This document shows positions 48,110-62,123 of a DNA stretch of 64,000 nucleotides, piece by piece. Under the pieces are notes generated by a model, which saw nothing but the letters and a program-made list of their open reading frames with translations, was not told the origin of the DNA and searched no databases. The DNA comes from Heterodontus francisci (lineage: Eukaryota). The stretch is taken from the NCBI RefSeq assembly GCF_036365525.1, contig NC_090393.1:26940190-27004189 (forward strand). Reading direction: 5' to 3'. How positions within the stretch are numbered: the stretch's first letter is position 1; every line of letters begins with the position of its first letter. Both the position numbers and the translations under genes were made by a program.

Positions 48110-49017
48110 CTCAACCCCTCCACTGCGTCTAAATTGTCACACTGCTTGTCTGACATCTAGTACTGGATGAGCAGAAACTTGCTCCAACTAAGTATTGGAA
48201 CGACGGAAGCCATTGCCTTCTGTCCCTGCCATAAACTCTATCTCTATCCACTGACTCCGTCCCTCTTCCTGGCAACTGTCTGAGGCTGAACCGAACTGTT
48301 CACATCCTTGATGCTGTACATGACGATCGAGATGAGCTTCCGACCATGTATCCACGTCATCACTAAGAGTGCCTACTTATCCCTCCGTAACATTGCCTGA
48401 CTTTGACCATGCCTAAGCTCGTTTGCTGCAGAAAGTCTCACCCATGCCTTTGTTATCTCCAGACTTGACTATTCCGAAGCACCCCAGCTGGACTCCAATC
48501 TTCTACCCTCCATAAACTTAACCCCATCCAAAATTCTGCTGCCCATATCCTAACTCCTATTCGCTCATCACTCCTGTGCTCGTTGACCGACATTTGCTCC
48601 CACTTGAGCAACACCTTGATTTTAAAATGTTCATCCTTGTTTTAAAATCCCTCTCTGGCCTTGCCCCTCCCCATCTCTGTAACCTCCTCCAAGCCGACAA
48701 CCCTGCAGGCTTTCTGCCCTCCTCCAATTCTGGTTTCTTGCTTATCTCTGATATTAATTGCTCCACCACTGGCAGCTGTGCTTTCAGCTACCGAGGCCCT
48801 AAGCACTGGAATTCATTCCCTAAACCTCTCCATATTGCCACCTCTCTTTTCTCCTTTATTATGCTCTTTAAACCTACCTTTTTGACCAAGCTTTTCATTA
48901 TCTGTCCTAATAGCTGCTTAGGTAGTTCGATATCAAATTTTGCTTTATAACACTCCTGTGAAGTGCCTTATGAGGTTTTACTATTTTAAACGTGCTATAT
49001 AAATGTAAGTTGTTGTT
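48110..49017 (+). mobile_element. L2 LINE 3' fragment
   Basis: SRLDYS-like coding remnant, ITPVL..H.LP....DFK, and gtgctatataaatgtaagttgttgtt end. Confidence 0.8.
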
Positions 49018-49984
49018 ATATATACGAGACATTTTTTTTTCTAAATGCATTACTTATATATTCCAAGGCCATTGCATCCATTCTGCCTCTGCGAAACGGT
49101 AAAGATTATCCCCTTTTCAGGCCCAGAAACTAAAAAACTATATGTCCTAATAATTAAACCCATATCTGACATTGTACTGAGCAAGGATACACATAACTTA
49201 TGTCCAAATACTATAGTCTGTAGCACTATTACTCTGAAATGAAACATCTTTGTTATTTTTGGACATGAAAAATACATTTTGAAATTTATGCATGTTTTTA
49301 GAAATTTTGTTCCAATTTATTAGTCAATTGTGTTTAAAAAAAAACTCATGCAAAAGATGCATTGGTGATAAACGTTGAATAGTACTGTTTGAAGTAATAT
49401 TGTGGTGAAGACTCCACTTTTGCACCATTAAACTCCCATGCAAATGAATTGATGGCTCAATACAATCAATTCAATGCCATGAGCACTATGCTCAGATAAA
49501 TTCTGACAATCTCTTTCTCTGTCTGTTGTGCAGTTTTAATAACTGCAAATTCACTTAATATTAAAATCTGGTAACTCGGAACTGTGATTTTGGGGCTTGG
49601 GGATCAGTAGAAGCTTCAGTTTCATATGATGCAAATTATGATTGCAAATGTTGGAACTTGATGATAAAAGGTAACCAAATCATCAATCTTATAATAATGA
49701 TAGTAAATGTTCATTCTAAATGAACAATGAAATCTCTTCATTATAATGGTTGTACATCAATTCTGCAGTGATAAAATAGATTTAGGAATCATATTGCAGT
49801 ATTCACAAAGCTTATTTTGTTTTACTAATTTAGAGTGATTGCATGTTCATTGGTTTCTTTGGAAACCAGCGATGAACCAGACATTGCCTGTGTTTGTGGC
49901 TGTTTTGTATTTTTCCCTTCTCCCTCCTCCTTGTTCTGTTCCTTTTGAAATGCTGCACATCTTGAATATGCACAAAAAATTAGT

Positions 49985-52672
49985 TAGGGTACAGAATGTA
50001 CTCACGGAGGGGGATTTCAATGTCCATCACCAAGCGTGGCTTGGTAGCACCACTACTGACAGAGCTGGTCGAGTACTGAAATGCATTGCTGCTAGACTGA
50101 GCCCTCAGCTGGTAGTGAGAGAACAAACTCAAGGGGAAAAACTCACCCTCATCAATCTACCTGTTGCAGAAGCATCTGTCCATGGCAGTATTGGTAGGAG
50201 TGACTGCCGCATAGTTCTTCTGGAGATGAAGTCCCATCTTCACACTGAGACAATTTCCATCATGTTGTGTGGCACTACCATGTGCTAAATAGGATAAATT
50301 TGGAATAGATCTAATAGCTCAAAACTGGGCATCCACAAAGCACTGTGGGCCAGCAGCAGCAGCAGAATTGTATTCCACCATAATCTTGTTATATCATGGT
50401 TGCCATATCCCTCACTCTACCATTACCAACAAGCCAAGAGACCAATCGTAGTTCAATGAGGAGTGTAGGAAAGCATGCCAGGAGCAGCACCAGGCGTACC
50501 TAAAAATGAGGTACCAACCTGGTGAAACTACAACACAGGACTGCATGCATGCTAAACAGCAGAAACGGCATGCTATAGACAGAGCGAAGTGATCTCACAA
50601 CCAGCAGATCAGATCCCAGCTCAGTAGACTGCCCTGGTAGCTGTTCTGGAGACATGAGTTCAAATCCCAGCATGGTATCTGGTGAAATTTGAATTCGATT
50701 GATAAAATCTGGAATAAAATGCTAGTATCAGTAATGGTGACCGTGAAACTACTAGATTGCTGTTAAAGACCCATGTAGTTCACTAATGTTCTTTAGGGGA
50801 GGAAATCTGCTGACCTACCTGTGACTCCAGACCCACAGCAAGCCATTCAGAAGGCAATTAGGGATGGGCAGTAAATGTAATTCTCGCATCCCAGTTATGA
50901 ATGCTGGACAATTAAGGACGAGACGGCTCCATTCCAACCTCCTCATGAGTTCCCCAGCATCATAGAAACCAGTCTTTAACCAATTCAATTCACTCCATGT
51001 GATATCAAGAAATGGCTGAGCACATTGGATACAGCAAAGACTATGGGCCCTGACAATATTTTTTTATTCATTGATAAGATGTGGGCTTCACTGGCAAGAC
51101 CAGAATTTATTCTCCATCCCTAGTTGCCCTTGAGAAAGTGGTGGTGAGCCACCTTCTTGAACCATTGCAGTCCATATGATACAATCCAGCTGTAGTCATG
51201 ATGATTTGTGCTTCAGAACTAGCTGTGCCTCTAGCCAAGCTGTTTCTGTACAGATACAACACTGGTATCTACCCAAAAGCGTGGAAAATTGCCCAGGTAT
51301 GCCCCATCCACAAAGGACAGGACAAATCCAATCCAGCCAATTACCACCCTATCAGTCTACTCTCAATCATCAGCAAATTATTGGCTGCTGTCATTGACAA
51401 TGCTATCAAGCGACACCTACTCACCAATAACTTGCTCACCAATGCTCAGTTTGCATTCCAGATCTCATTACATCTCAGCCTGGGTCCAAACATGAACAAA
51501 AGAGCTGGGTTCCACAGGTGAGGTGAGAGTGATTGCCCTCGAATTCATGGCAGCATTTGACTGTGAGTGGCATCAAGGAACCTGAGTAAAACTGAAGTCA
51601 ATGTGAATCAGAGGAAAACCCTCCACTGACTGGAGTCATACCGAGCACAAAGGAAGATGGTTGTGGTTATTGGAAGCCAATCATCTCAGCCACAAGACCC
51701 TGCTGTGGGAGACCATAAGGGCAGTATCACAGGCCCAACCATCTGTAGCTCCTTCATCAGTGACCTTCCCTCCATCATAATATCAGAAGTGGGGATGCTC
51801 GCTGATGATTGCACAATGTTCATTTCCATTCACAATGTCTCAAATAATGAAACTGTCCGTGCCCACATGCAGCAAGACCGGGACAATATTTAGGCTTGGG
51901 CTAATAAGTGGCAAGTAACATTCATGCCACACAAGTATCAGGCAATGACCATCTCCAACAAAGAGTCTAACCACCTCCCCTTGATATTCAAAGACATTAC
52001 CATCACCAAATTCACCACCATCAACATCATAAGGGTCACCATTGACCAGAAACTTAACTGGACCAGCCACATAAATACTGTGACTACAAGAGCAGGTCAG
52101 AGGCCGGATATTATCTGCTGAGTAACTCACCCCTGACTCCCCAAATCCTTTCCACCATCTAGAAGGCACAAGTCAGGAGTGTGATGGAATACTCTCCACT
52201 TGCCTCGATGAGTGCAGCTCCAATGACTCTCAGGAAGCTCAACACCAACCAGACAAAGCAGTCTCCTTGATTGGCACCCCATCCATCACTTTAAACATTC
52301 ACTCCCTCCACCACCAGTGCAATGTAGCTACAGTGTGTACCATTGCCAAGACTTCTTCAACAGCACCTCTCAAATCTGTGATCTCTAACACCTAGCATGA
52401 CAAGGGCGGCAGGCACATGGGAACAGCATCACCTGCAAGTTCCCCTCCAAGTTGCACATCATCCTGACTTGGAAATTTATTGCCATTCCTTCATTGTTAC
52501 TGGGTCAAAATCCTGGAATTCCTGACCTAAAAGCACTGTGGGTGATCCTTCACCATATGGACTGCAGCAGTTCAAGAAGGTGGCTCACCAACAACTTCTC
52601 AAGCACAGTTGGGGATGGGCAATAAGTGTTGGCTTTGCTTGCAATGCCCACATCCCATGAATGAATAAAAAA
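49985..52672 (+). mobile_element. Degraded Zenon/T1-like CR1-group LINE with nested SINE pieces (~50625-50900, 51060-51180)
   Basis: GDFNVHH, WKIAQVCPIHK..NYHPISLLS, LADD, KLNWTSHINTV; 3' tail. Confidence 0.85.
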
Positions 52673-53809
52673 CACTGTGCGTGGTTTGTAGATTTAGTTT
52701 GTATTGCCAGTTTATAAGATACTATCTGGCACTGTAGCCATACACAAAAGTGCAGAAGTTGGTTGTACTAGTGACAAATTAATGGTATTCTTATTCTTAT
52801 GTATAAGATACAAATTTTTCATGGTAACTTGAATGACATGCTGTTTTATAAGAATGGGAGCATTATACCTTGCAATATATTCTAATTTATGGCCTATTCC
52901 TTTAGGCCACAATGGTAATTATGATATATGAAATCAACTGTTATTGGGGACTTACTGAATTCTAAGGCAAACTAGGTGTTTTCTCTCTGCTGGGAAAGCT
53001 TGTTTGTTGAATGGAAATTGTTGGCTTTCTTTGTTTTTTTTTAAATTTAAAAATGTGTCTCCTGAAGTTAATTAGGTATGTTCAGTTGCTAGGGAACTTT
53101 GTTTGTAGATTGGAAATGATATTCTTGCCTTCGCTTCAATCATCATCCTTTAGTCTTTGGTACAGATGCAGAACATTCTTTAAAATTATATATAAGCTAG
53201 CAGATCTCCAATAGGATTGATTTTGATGATTCAGAGTTACTTGTTGATAACTCCCTGGAAGATAATGGTTTCCTTATCCACTGCAGCCATACATTTATTC
53301 CTGTTGCAAACCAATAGTATAAACAAACATCAATATGCAATATGAGGGAGTAGCTCTTTTTTTACTATTAATGTGTTTAATGTGCTTTTTTCTATAGTGA
53401 AGGTCAAGACATATATAAAAATTTAAAACATTAATTCAATGTGTATCTTTCCCTTATCAAATATCTGTGGAACAGGCATCAATACAAAATTCTAGATAAG
53501 TAAACATACACAATGCCAGGACTTTTGATCAGAACTTTCCTCCAAACTTGAACAACAGTAAAGTCAGATAGCTGTTTTATTAAGTACTTTGTACTGTAAT
53601 TTGGTCACTGGTCTTCCCAGTTTACAGATAATGGATGAATAATCACTATGTCAGACCATAAGGCTTAGGTTCTTATCTATGAAGCAGGTTTATTAACAGG
53701 AAAAATTAAACAGTAGCAAAAGATCAAGATAGTGGATTCTACTAGAATACATTTAACTTACAACTGTTTGGTTTTTAAAAATCATGAAAGATGTGAGGGA
53801 TTGTAATAG

Positions 53810-54628
53810 CACTGAACCTGCGTCAATGCTCGTAACAACCGCTCGTTGCAGAGCCACCACGATATTCACCGCGGTGGTGCATTTATATGGCCGGGGTGGT
53901 ACCGCCCCGTTTCCCCACCCCGATGACATGGAGGGTGAGGGCAGTCCGTACCCAGCAATGGCATCCGGCGCCATTGTGCAGGCACTGACACCATTTTTAA
54001 AGGGTTTCCAGCCCTTATATTTTGTTTAAATAGTTAAAGGAATAGGTATTTTAGATTGAATTTAAAAACTTAAAGAAATGTTTCTATCCCCTCTCCACAC
54101 CCGCCTCAATATCCATTCAGTTCATTCCTTGCCCTCTCACCCCCCAAAATACTTACCTTGTGTACCTGACCTCCCCCCCCCCGCCAAAAGTTCATTAACG
54201 TTTAACTTCAAATCCCTTCCCACCATCCCCGCCAATCAGAATAATTTGACTCTGCTCACCATCTCCCCCACCCCCACAAGCACTGAAACACTTACCTGCT
54301 CCCCCCTCCCCACCAGTATCCCACATCGGATCTCTGAAAGGAGATCCAAAGGCGCTGCAGGCCGGCCGCCAGCACCAATATGGCACTGGAACAGATGACG
54401 GGAGCGGGTAAGTATTTAATTCATTCATTCGCATTTTGGTTTGACTATGTTAATGCAGCTCCCGTCGCTGAGCAGCGGGGGAGGGGCGGCCACGAGGCCT
54501 CGCCACTGCTGGCAATATTGGGCAGGGCCTTCCCGGCGTCGAAGCCCATGGTGGGCCTCTTGCGGAGCCATTTTCCACCCACTCCCCACCACGACCCCCG
54601 ACATCGAGGGGTCTGTAAAATCCAGCCC
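53810..54628. mobile_element. GC-rich non-autonomous Harbinger-like element (MITE)
   Basis: right end gtaaaatccagccc (rc gggctggattttac) resembles the end at 60036; shared subterminal motif; left TIR not found. Confidence 0.55.
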
Positions 54629-55554
54629 ATGGAGCCAAAATATGCTCATCTCCACATGGGCTATAATGCAGCAGGAAGAACAAGCAAGTGAAAAATGTTT
54701 CTGTGGTTATTTGTTCTTCGTGATCGCAGAAGCCTGAAGTGTGATTGACAGTTAGATATCATATACAAGTGAACAAAGTTATCAAATTAAAGTGATTGTT
54801 TCTTGCACCTATTACTAATGTTAGATACAATTCCACTCACTTGTATTTCCAAGCACCTACAATTGATTATTTTCATGACAAAGCAACTGGATTTACAGGA
54901 AGCCTTCTGACAAAAATCCTTGGAATTCCAAACATTAGCATATCAATATATCTTGTCCCTTCAAATGGTTACTATGGCTACATTACGGCCAGAGGTAAAT
55001 CTATATTCTATTTGCAGTAAACACATCAAAGAAGTCTCAGCAGAATAGATGTCCCGAAGGCTTTAATATATAAGAAAACATTCTATGACATTAATAATTT
55101 CTGATTTGTCACAGTCACTGCATGCTTCACCTTGTATTTATGATTTGCACAAAAATATTTTCAATGTGAATGTTGCTCGTAGTCATTCAGATAATATGCT
55201 GCTTTACATAAACAAGCATTTTATGCCATGCAATGCACGAGATATTATTCTGTTGCTAAGCTGAAATTGTGTCCCTTTAAGGCCTTAAGTGTAGTTGCTG
55301 TTAACAAAACACTGGATGTATTCATTTAGAGATCAACTGCTATTCAGACTGCAGGTCAGAACCCTGGCTTTGCCTTTTTAAGCATGATCAGTATGTACAA
55401 TGTCATGAATAGATGAGAACCCACTGTAAATTGTGTTTTGTGTAGTTCAGTATGAATGTCAACCACCATTTTTATACAGCATGTTAAGTTTTAGCTGGGT
55501 TCCACTTGTTAAAATGGAAGAGAGTGATCATGGGACAGCAACTTGAAAGGGTCT

Positions 55555-56291
55555 AGTTTTAGGACCTATGAAACCCCAATCCAACCTGCCTGGACTTGAA
55601 ACTGTAACAGTTTGAGGGTACAGCCTGTTTTCAATTCACAGCTGCCTTTGTTGAGTTTAGCACAGCTGCCAGAAGCTGCAAACTTCTCTCAAAGACACAA
55701 TCTGCAAAAGCCAGAAAATTAAAGACACAGACTGCAAACAGTGAAGAAAATTAAAGACACAGTCTGCAAAAATAGCAAGAAAACCTGCTTCTGCTATCTT
55801 CCTCTCCATCTAAGGAAAATGTTACTTCAGCCAATCAAGCTACCTCCATTTACTTTTGAGAGTGCAAAGAAGAAGAAATTTGTAAGTGATATTTCCAACA
55901 GCTCCTTCCCCAATTTGGCTTTTCTAGTCAGTGACCTCCAATTTTTTGGATCTTTTTGATAACTTAAACGGACACTAGTGTTAATTGAAATTCTTGTTAG
56001 TTTATAGTTCTATTTAGTAAATGTCCTTGTCTGTTTATGCCTTTTAACCTTTTCTTGTATGTTTGTAAGCATGCATGGCGAAGTTAAACCCCTTTCTGAA
56101 TTTAAAAGTGTGTAAATAAACCCTAATTCTTTGGCTTAACTCTAACACTGTGTTGTTGCTGTGGTCATTTATTATCAGGGTTTAAGGGAGGGGAAAAATT
56201 CAATCACTAATCTGTTTATGGACAGGTAGTTGGAAAAACAGAGAAATTTGTTCAGAGAAAATAAAAAGATTAACTACCTGTTCGTGACCAC
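55555..56291 (+). mobile_element. Degraded LTR-like element
   Basis: aataaa and 3' block (acctgttcgtgaccaca) similar to neighbouring LTR ends; internal aaaattaaagacacag duplication. Confidence 0.4.
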
Positions 56292-56373
56292 AAGTAAGAG
56301 CCAGCATACACTCAGCCACAGGAACTTTCTATTCTTGGAGAGTAACTTTGTACAGACAGGAATTACATACTCG

Positions 56374-57279
56374 TGTCATGCTAGGCCCCCATCTGCCAAG
56401 AATGAGGCACATTAATTTTTTCATGGACATTGATTTTAAACTATTACTGGAGTGAAGAAAGGACTTGTTAAACAAATCAGCCATGGCTGGAAAAGACATT
56501 TGCATATTAACAGACGGTGCTTGGAAGGACAAAAGGACCATTCCCTGACACATTCAACCCACAATGGACCTTGATCACCAGGTATTGTGTGTAAGAGTAG
56601 CATTCCAAAGACTGCTAAGGTGATACAATCCAAGACATGGTCAGACCAGTTAGTCACATGACAAACCTGCTTGGCAACCTGGATTTTTCTGAATTGTACA
56701 AACAGTTTGAACTCAGAGCACGTCTGTTTGCTCCTGAACTGAGAAAATCTCTCCTGTCTGCTCCCATCTCTTTCTCATGGAACTCCACACCCACTGATGA
56801 CACATGAACCCCAAGAGAGAAAAGTCTCCTTCAGCGAAAAAGGTTTAAGAAGAATACTGGGCCCCAGTGAAAAGTAAAATCTACCGACAATCAAGGACTC
56901 TACAGTGAGCTCGAAGAACTAGAACAACAACTCTTCAGATATTGCCTCAAACCTTTTCCACTTTATTTCTTCTGTTCTCTTTCTGTCTCTATCTGCATGT
57001 ATTTATCACGTGTGCATGCTAGCGTGGACGTGTCGTTTATCCGTAGGTGTTAACTGAATTACAGTCTAAGTTTAAGTTTAAATAAATTTAAATTTTTCTC
57101 CTTTAAACCAAAGAAAGCCTGTTGTGCTGGTTTCTTTGCTTTATAATTGGAAAGCGGTGAACAAGGATTCACCAAGGGGGAGCTCAAAACACAGTGTGTT
57201 TAAAATTAAACTCTGTGATGGTAAGACCAGGTGAAGGCTGAGAGGGACCCCTAGACACCTTTCTCACCTGGTCATAACA
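56374..57279 (+). mobile_element. Solo LTR (Gypsy-like)
   Basis: TGTCATG...CATAACA; near-TSD ctcg/ctag; homologous to 22627-23519. Confidence 0.82.
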
Positions 57280-57639
57280 CTAGATATATGATATATAAGT
57301 GTACACTGTTTGTAAATCCTGGAGTAAAATGGTTATCAAGGGCAGAAAAAAAATCCCAGCTTTTTCTTTCTTTTATTCACCACTTTGACGATGAAGTGTG
57401 ATCTGTGAAGTATATTACATATAAATATAAATCTCTGCCTATGGTGTATTAGTGCATACTTTTCCTTAGTAATCTTTGCAGAAAGTAATTAAAGTTAGTT
57501 TTTCAGTGTTTTATGACAGTCTGTAACTGAGACATGTTGGCTCCACAAATATCTACATCTATGATTTCTCTATGTGTCTAAATATATGCCCCCAACAAGA
57601 AAAGGCCCAATCATCACAACCTGATCAACAATGGCACCA

Positions 57640-58290
57640 TTTTTGAGATCTCACCATCAACATCCTAGATGTCACCATTGGCCACAAGCTTAACTGGACT
57701 AACCATTTCAATAATGTGACTACAAGAGCAGAGGCTGAGTACTCTATGGCAGTGGCTCAACTCCTTTTCCCCTGATGTCCTCCAATATCTGTAAGGTTCA
57801 TGTTGGGAATGTGATAGAGGCCCAAAAGAAAGAAGAAGAACATGTAACAACATTCAAGTTTGACACCATTCAAAGCCAAAGCACTCTATTTGATTGGCAC
57901 TTGTGCATTGAACTTAATATTTACCCCCTTCACTATCAGCACACTGTAGCTATAGTTATGTACTATCCACAGGCTGAACTGCAGCAACTCACCAAGCCTA
58001 CTTTGACAGCATTTCCCAGCCTATGATATCTGCCACCAAGAAGGACAAGAGCAGCAATGTAATGGGAACACCATCACCTCCAAATTTCAAGTCACACATC
58101 ACCCTGACTTGCATTGATGGGCCATTTCATCATTACTATATCAAAATGCTGGTGTTCCCTCTCTAACACCAATATGGGAGCACACCACAAGGCCTGCAGT
58201 GGAAGTGGAAGGTCCACCACTACTTTTTCAGAGTAACTAGGGACAGGCAATAAATACGGCCGTGCCAATGTTGCTTACATCCCAAGAAGA
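57640..58290 (+). mobile_element. Highly degraded Zenon-like LINE 3' fragment
   Basis: cttaactggac, gactacaagagcag and ggcaataaat motifs shared with the other copies. Confidence 0.65.
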
Positions 58291-58580
58291 AATCATACAT
58301 TCTTATTGAATATCTGGACTGTTATAGAAACTTTAAATGGTCAAAAATCAAGGAATTGATTAACCTCAAAAAGAATGTGAAGCATCTAACCTTATGGGAT
58401 AGTTCGATTGTTAAAATTGAGCCACTAAAGTTAAAAGTGGAACAAATAAATCTGTTGTACTCAAACTAGGAAATACATCAGTGCCTCTATAGAGGAAGAA
58501 CATTCAAACAGATTGTTGTTTTGGAAGTTGGGTACATGTATAACAGAGAGCTTACAAACTGTAAAAGATTAGATCCACCT

Positions 58581-59560
58581 TTTTACCACTTGCGGTATGG
58601 CCAAGTGAGGAGGGGTCGAAGGGCTTCCCTCTTTTCCCTCTCCTTGTTTGACCACAACAGGTTTAATTCTTTTTTAAAGTGAATGTGCTGGCCAATTCAG
58701 TAGGTGTTTGATTACTTACTTGCTATGATCATTACAAGAACCAATTGGACAGGTTTTCTTGAGTTAACAATGAAAGAGTTTAACTTTATTGTACCTAAAC
58801 TGAACTAATAAAAAGAAAAACCAATGCGCCAACTTTCACTCACAGATACAAACTAGAGGTTTACACATAGAAAAATAGATTAAAGAGTGGTGAAAGGTAG
58901 ATTGGTTGAGTTAGAGTCCATAGAAAAATGGAATATACAGTCTGTGGAGTTTGGTGGTTCAACTGACTTCTAGCTGAATTCAGTGGTCCTGAGGCTTTTG
59001 ATTTGAAGAGGTAGATGACTGGTGCGGTGGGTCTCTTGGAGACAGTGATGTGGATGATTTCCTCCACAGGGTTTCTGATTGTAGCCGGAGTATGCAAAGG
59101 TGGTCAGTCAACAGACAGGATTTGAAAGCTTTTAAGGTCGCATGGAGAGAGAGAGAGAGGGACCCCCACTTGGGTTTGCACGTGTCAGAGTCAAGTTGCT
59201 TCTCCTCGCTCTGCTGCAGAAAGACACAAGCTTAAAACCACAGATGGGGAGGGGCTTGTCACATGACAGTCACTCAGTGATTCAAACATAGCAATTAGCA
59301 GTATTTCTCTCTTGCTAAAAAGAACAGGTAGTTCCTTTAAACTTTCTGGATCTTGGGTCTTGCTGTAGCATGAGCAGACATTTCGTCTCCCTCCTCACAA
59401 GCATTGCAGTTTTGCAAATTAGATAGCCATCTTAAGCTGTCAGCAAAGTTATCCTTTTAGCTGGTCTTTTTAAAAATGTCTTTAAAAAAATATATAAACT
59501 CAGAACTCCAGTCATTGGATTAAAGAAAATTATCATTCAACAAAGCACATTGGTGTAACA
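58581..59560 (-). mobile_element. Solo LTR-like element
   Basis: ends gtgtaaca; AATAAA on - strand; LTR-like size; TSD unclear. Confidence 0.5.
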
Positions 59561-60360
59561 CTTGCATGTGTTGTATAGTGCCTGGAATATGAATGCGTGA
59601 CGTAGCAGAATCACTGCATCTTGGTCGCTTTCAGATATATATTTACATACATACGAACGTACGAATTAAGAGCAGGAGTAGGCCACTTGGCCCCTTAAGC
59701 CTGCTCCATCATTCATTAAGATCATTTTACTTTTACTGTTGTGCAAGTGCAGATAATGATACTTTTCTGGAATAGTGCTTTGATTTTTTTGCAGAGGAAT
59801 AGATTCTAAATTATGAGATCTAAATGATGGAACCTCATCATAGCAATCAATCATTCAGAATCATCCTACAATTCCTGTTAAATGATTTGTAAATGTATTC
59901 TTTCCTCAGTTTAATGTCATCTTTAATTCCTCTAAGTGTTCTTTTCCTTTACATACTAAGTGTGGGTTAAATTACGATTATGTTTCCCTAAAATTAGCTA
60001 TCAAAGCACTGAAAAAAGCAATGAGTTAAGACAATGTGCTGAATTTTATTGGCACGCTGCCGAGATTGGCGCGTGCTTTAAAAATGGCAGTCCACCTGTG
60101 CAGACCGCCCATTGTGGAGCTGCCGTGGTATTTAGCACAGCAGCTCATTATAATAGACGCAACGTACTGCCCCCCCAAAAGACATGGAGGGGGTGGGATT
60201 TTCAGCGCCAGTATCTGCGTTGGGTCAGATGAGCATCAGTTGCTAGGACCCTATTTAAAGAGCAGTCAGCACATCAGTGATGCCTCCACTGCCAGAACAG
60301 AGCTACCGAGAGAACCCCTTGTCTGCTGAAGTTTGATCTCTGTGTGGACATCCCAAAAGT

Positions 60361-61076
60361 TTGAAGATAGCATCAGAGGGACATTCCAGGGTGGCCCCAT
60401 GGTTCAGTGATGCCTCCCTGCTCACTCTCCTCCAGGATGTACGGGCAAGGCAGAAGGTCATCTTCTCCAGCGATGGCAAGAAGAGGCCCTCCCGTCTGAC
60501 CAAGGCAGCCTGGCTAGAGGTGGCAGAGGAGGTCAGTAGCCGTGGGGCTATCAGGCGCAATTGGGTCCAATGCTGAAAGAGGATGAACAATCTGCTGCAC
60601 ACCGCAAAAGTAAATGGCACTTTAGATCAGGGCTCCACTAAGCCTGGGTGTGCCCACACAGAGTGGCACATGCCACTGCCATGCCAAAAACATGGAGGTT
60701 GGGCAGGGAGGAAAGACATGACAAGAATGGAAGAATGTATGACAGAACTTACCTTTGTCTGCTGCTCAGAACATGGCACCTACATGAGTGGCTCACTCAG
60801 TAGTGCACACCGAGCATCCCCCGCCTTTGTGCCCAGCACCCCTCTTGTGACATGTGTTGTGCAATTGATCTGCCGTGCTTAATATCTGCCTCCTTGCTCC
60901 TCCAGGCAAAGACAGCACACAATGCAAAGGGGGCCAATTTTACTGGTGGAAGAATGCCAGACATTAGCAGGCTCACAGACGCTGAGGAGGAGGCCTTGGA
61001 GATATCGGCTAGCCATGTGGAACATGCATTCGGTGACGTAGACCTCGGGGTCCTGGATGAACATATGTCCACTTGA
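60361..61076 (+). pseudogene. Harbinger Myb/SANT-like DNA-binding protein, spliced (exon to 60609, exon from 60906), premature TGA at 60574
   Basis: RVAPWFSDASLLTLL..V..RQKVIF...AWLEVAEEVS...RRNWVQC*KRMNNL, gt..ag intron, then KTAHN...TGG..P...LTDAEEEALEI. Confidence 0.75.
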
Positions 61077-61159
61077 TATAAACAATGATCACTGTGAAAT
61101 TGTTGTTGTGTGATACAATGCTGTTATAATTGTGACATGCGCAACATCAAGACTGACAG

Positions 61160-61262
61160 AAATAAAAACAAGAAATGCTGGAAATACTCAGCAGGTCTAG
61201 CAGCATCTGTGGAGAGAGAAGCAGAGTTAACATTTCAGGTCAGTGACCCTTCTTTGGAACTG
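61160..61262 (-). mobile_element. 103-bp Penelope-derived unit with a decayed hammerhead core
   Basis: 11-bp TSD aagactgacag at 61149-61159 and 61263-61273; same unit as 20048-20142. Confidence 0.82.
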
Positions 61263-62123
61263 AAGACTGACAGTGTGTTCTTCCCGTTATACCTTCCAGG
61301 TCAATGTTCTGAGTCAACCCCGACTGCACACAACAACTCCCATGACACTAACGTACCTTCCACCAGTGCAGATACTATCACCTTGGCAGGTATCCATTCG
61401 GCCTTAGAGTCTGGGTCACAAGCTGGTGAGAGTGTCCGAGCAGCTGCCTGACGCTGAGATAGCCAAGGCCCCTGACAGAGTCTGCTGAGCCCCAGGCTAC
61501 TGATGACCCTCGGCTGTGGACAGCACATGGTACATTGGAGTTGCTGCAGCAGTCCTGCCAACATCTGGCAGAGATGCCAGAGGCAATGCACAGCGACAGC
61601 GGCGGCCCTCTTGGTGAGCCAGATTATGTTAATACACACTGACTTGCAATCCCTCACCACAGCCATAACATCCAATCAGCAGTGACAAGGCAAAAGAGGG
61701 ACCAGGGGCATGGAGACTCCTGGGAGAGCAGAGGGGTTCAAATGGAGGAGGCGAGCCTGCACACCATAACTGGCGTCCCCCCTTAAGTTGATTCTGGTAT
61801 AGATGCCGACCCCCTCCACACCTCTGCCAGTGAGTTAAGCTCCAGCAGCCACGATGTCTGAGGAGAGTTCTGCGCTGACTCCGGATTCCCCCAGCCAGCC
61901 AGGGCCCTCCAGGCCTCAGTGCGCAGAGGACAACCACCAAAGTCATCCAAAGCCAAAAGGCAATCAAATCAGCGCCTCCCTCCAGTCATGCTGCTAGTGC
62001 AGAGGTGGCACCGTGAAGGAGCACCCGCAAGCATTTAAAAAAACACACTGTCACAAATGGGAATGCACGGGTGACACAACACTGCAAATAAGTATATCAC
62101 TAATTGTTCTTCACTAACATGTG

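Noticed and set aside
54796-55020. 74-aa ORF and a - strand GTGAGT donor-like site in unique-looking sequence
   Set aside because: No recognisable protein similarity and no consistent exon chain.
22627-57279. Similar direct LTRs at 22627 and 56374 as the ends of one 35-kb provirus
   Set aside because: No gag/pol, PBS or shared outer TSD; the right copy has its own near-TSD, so these are independent solo LTRs.
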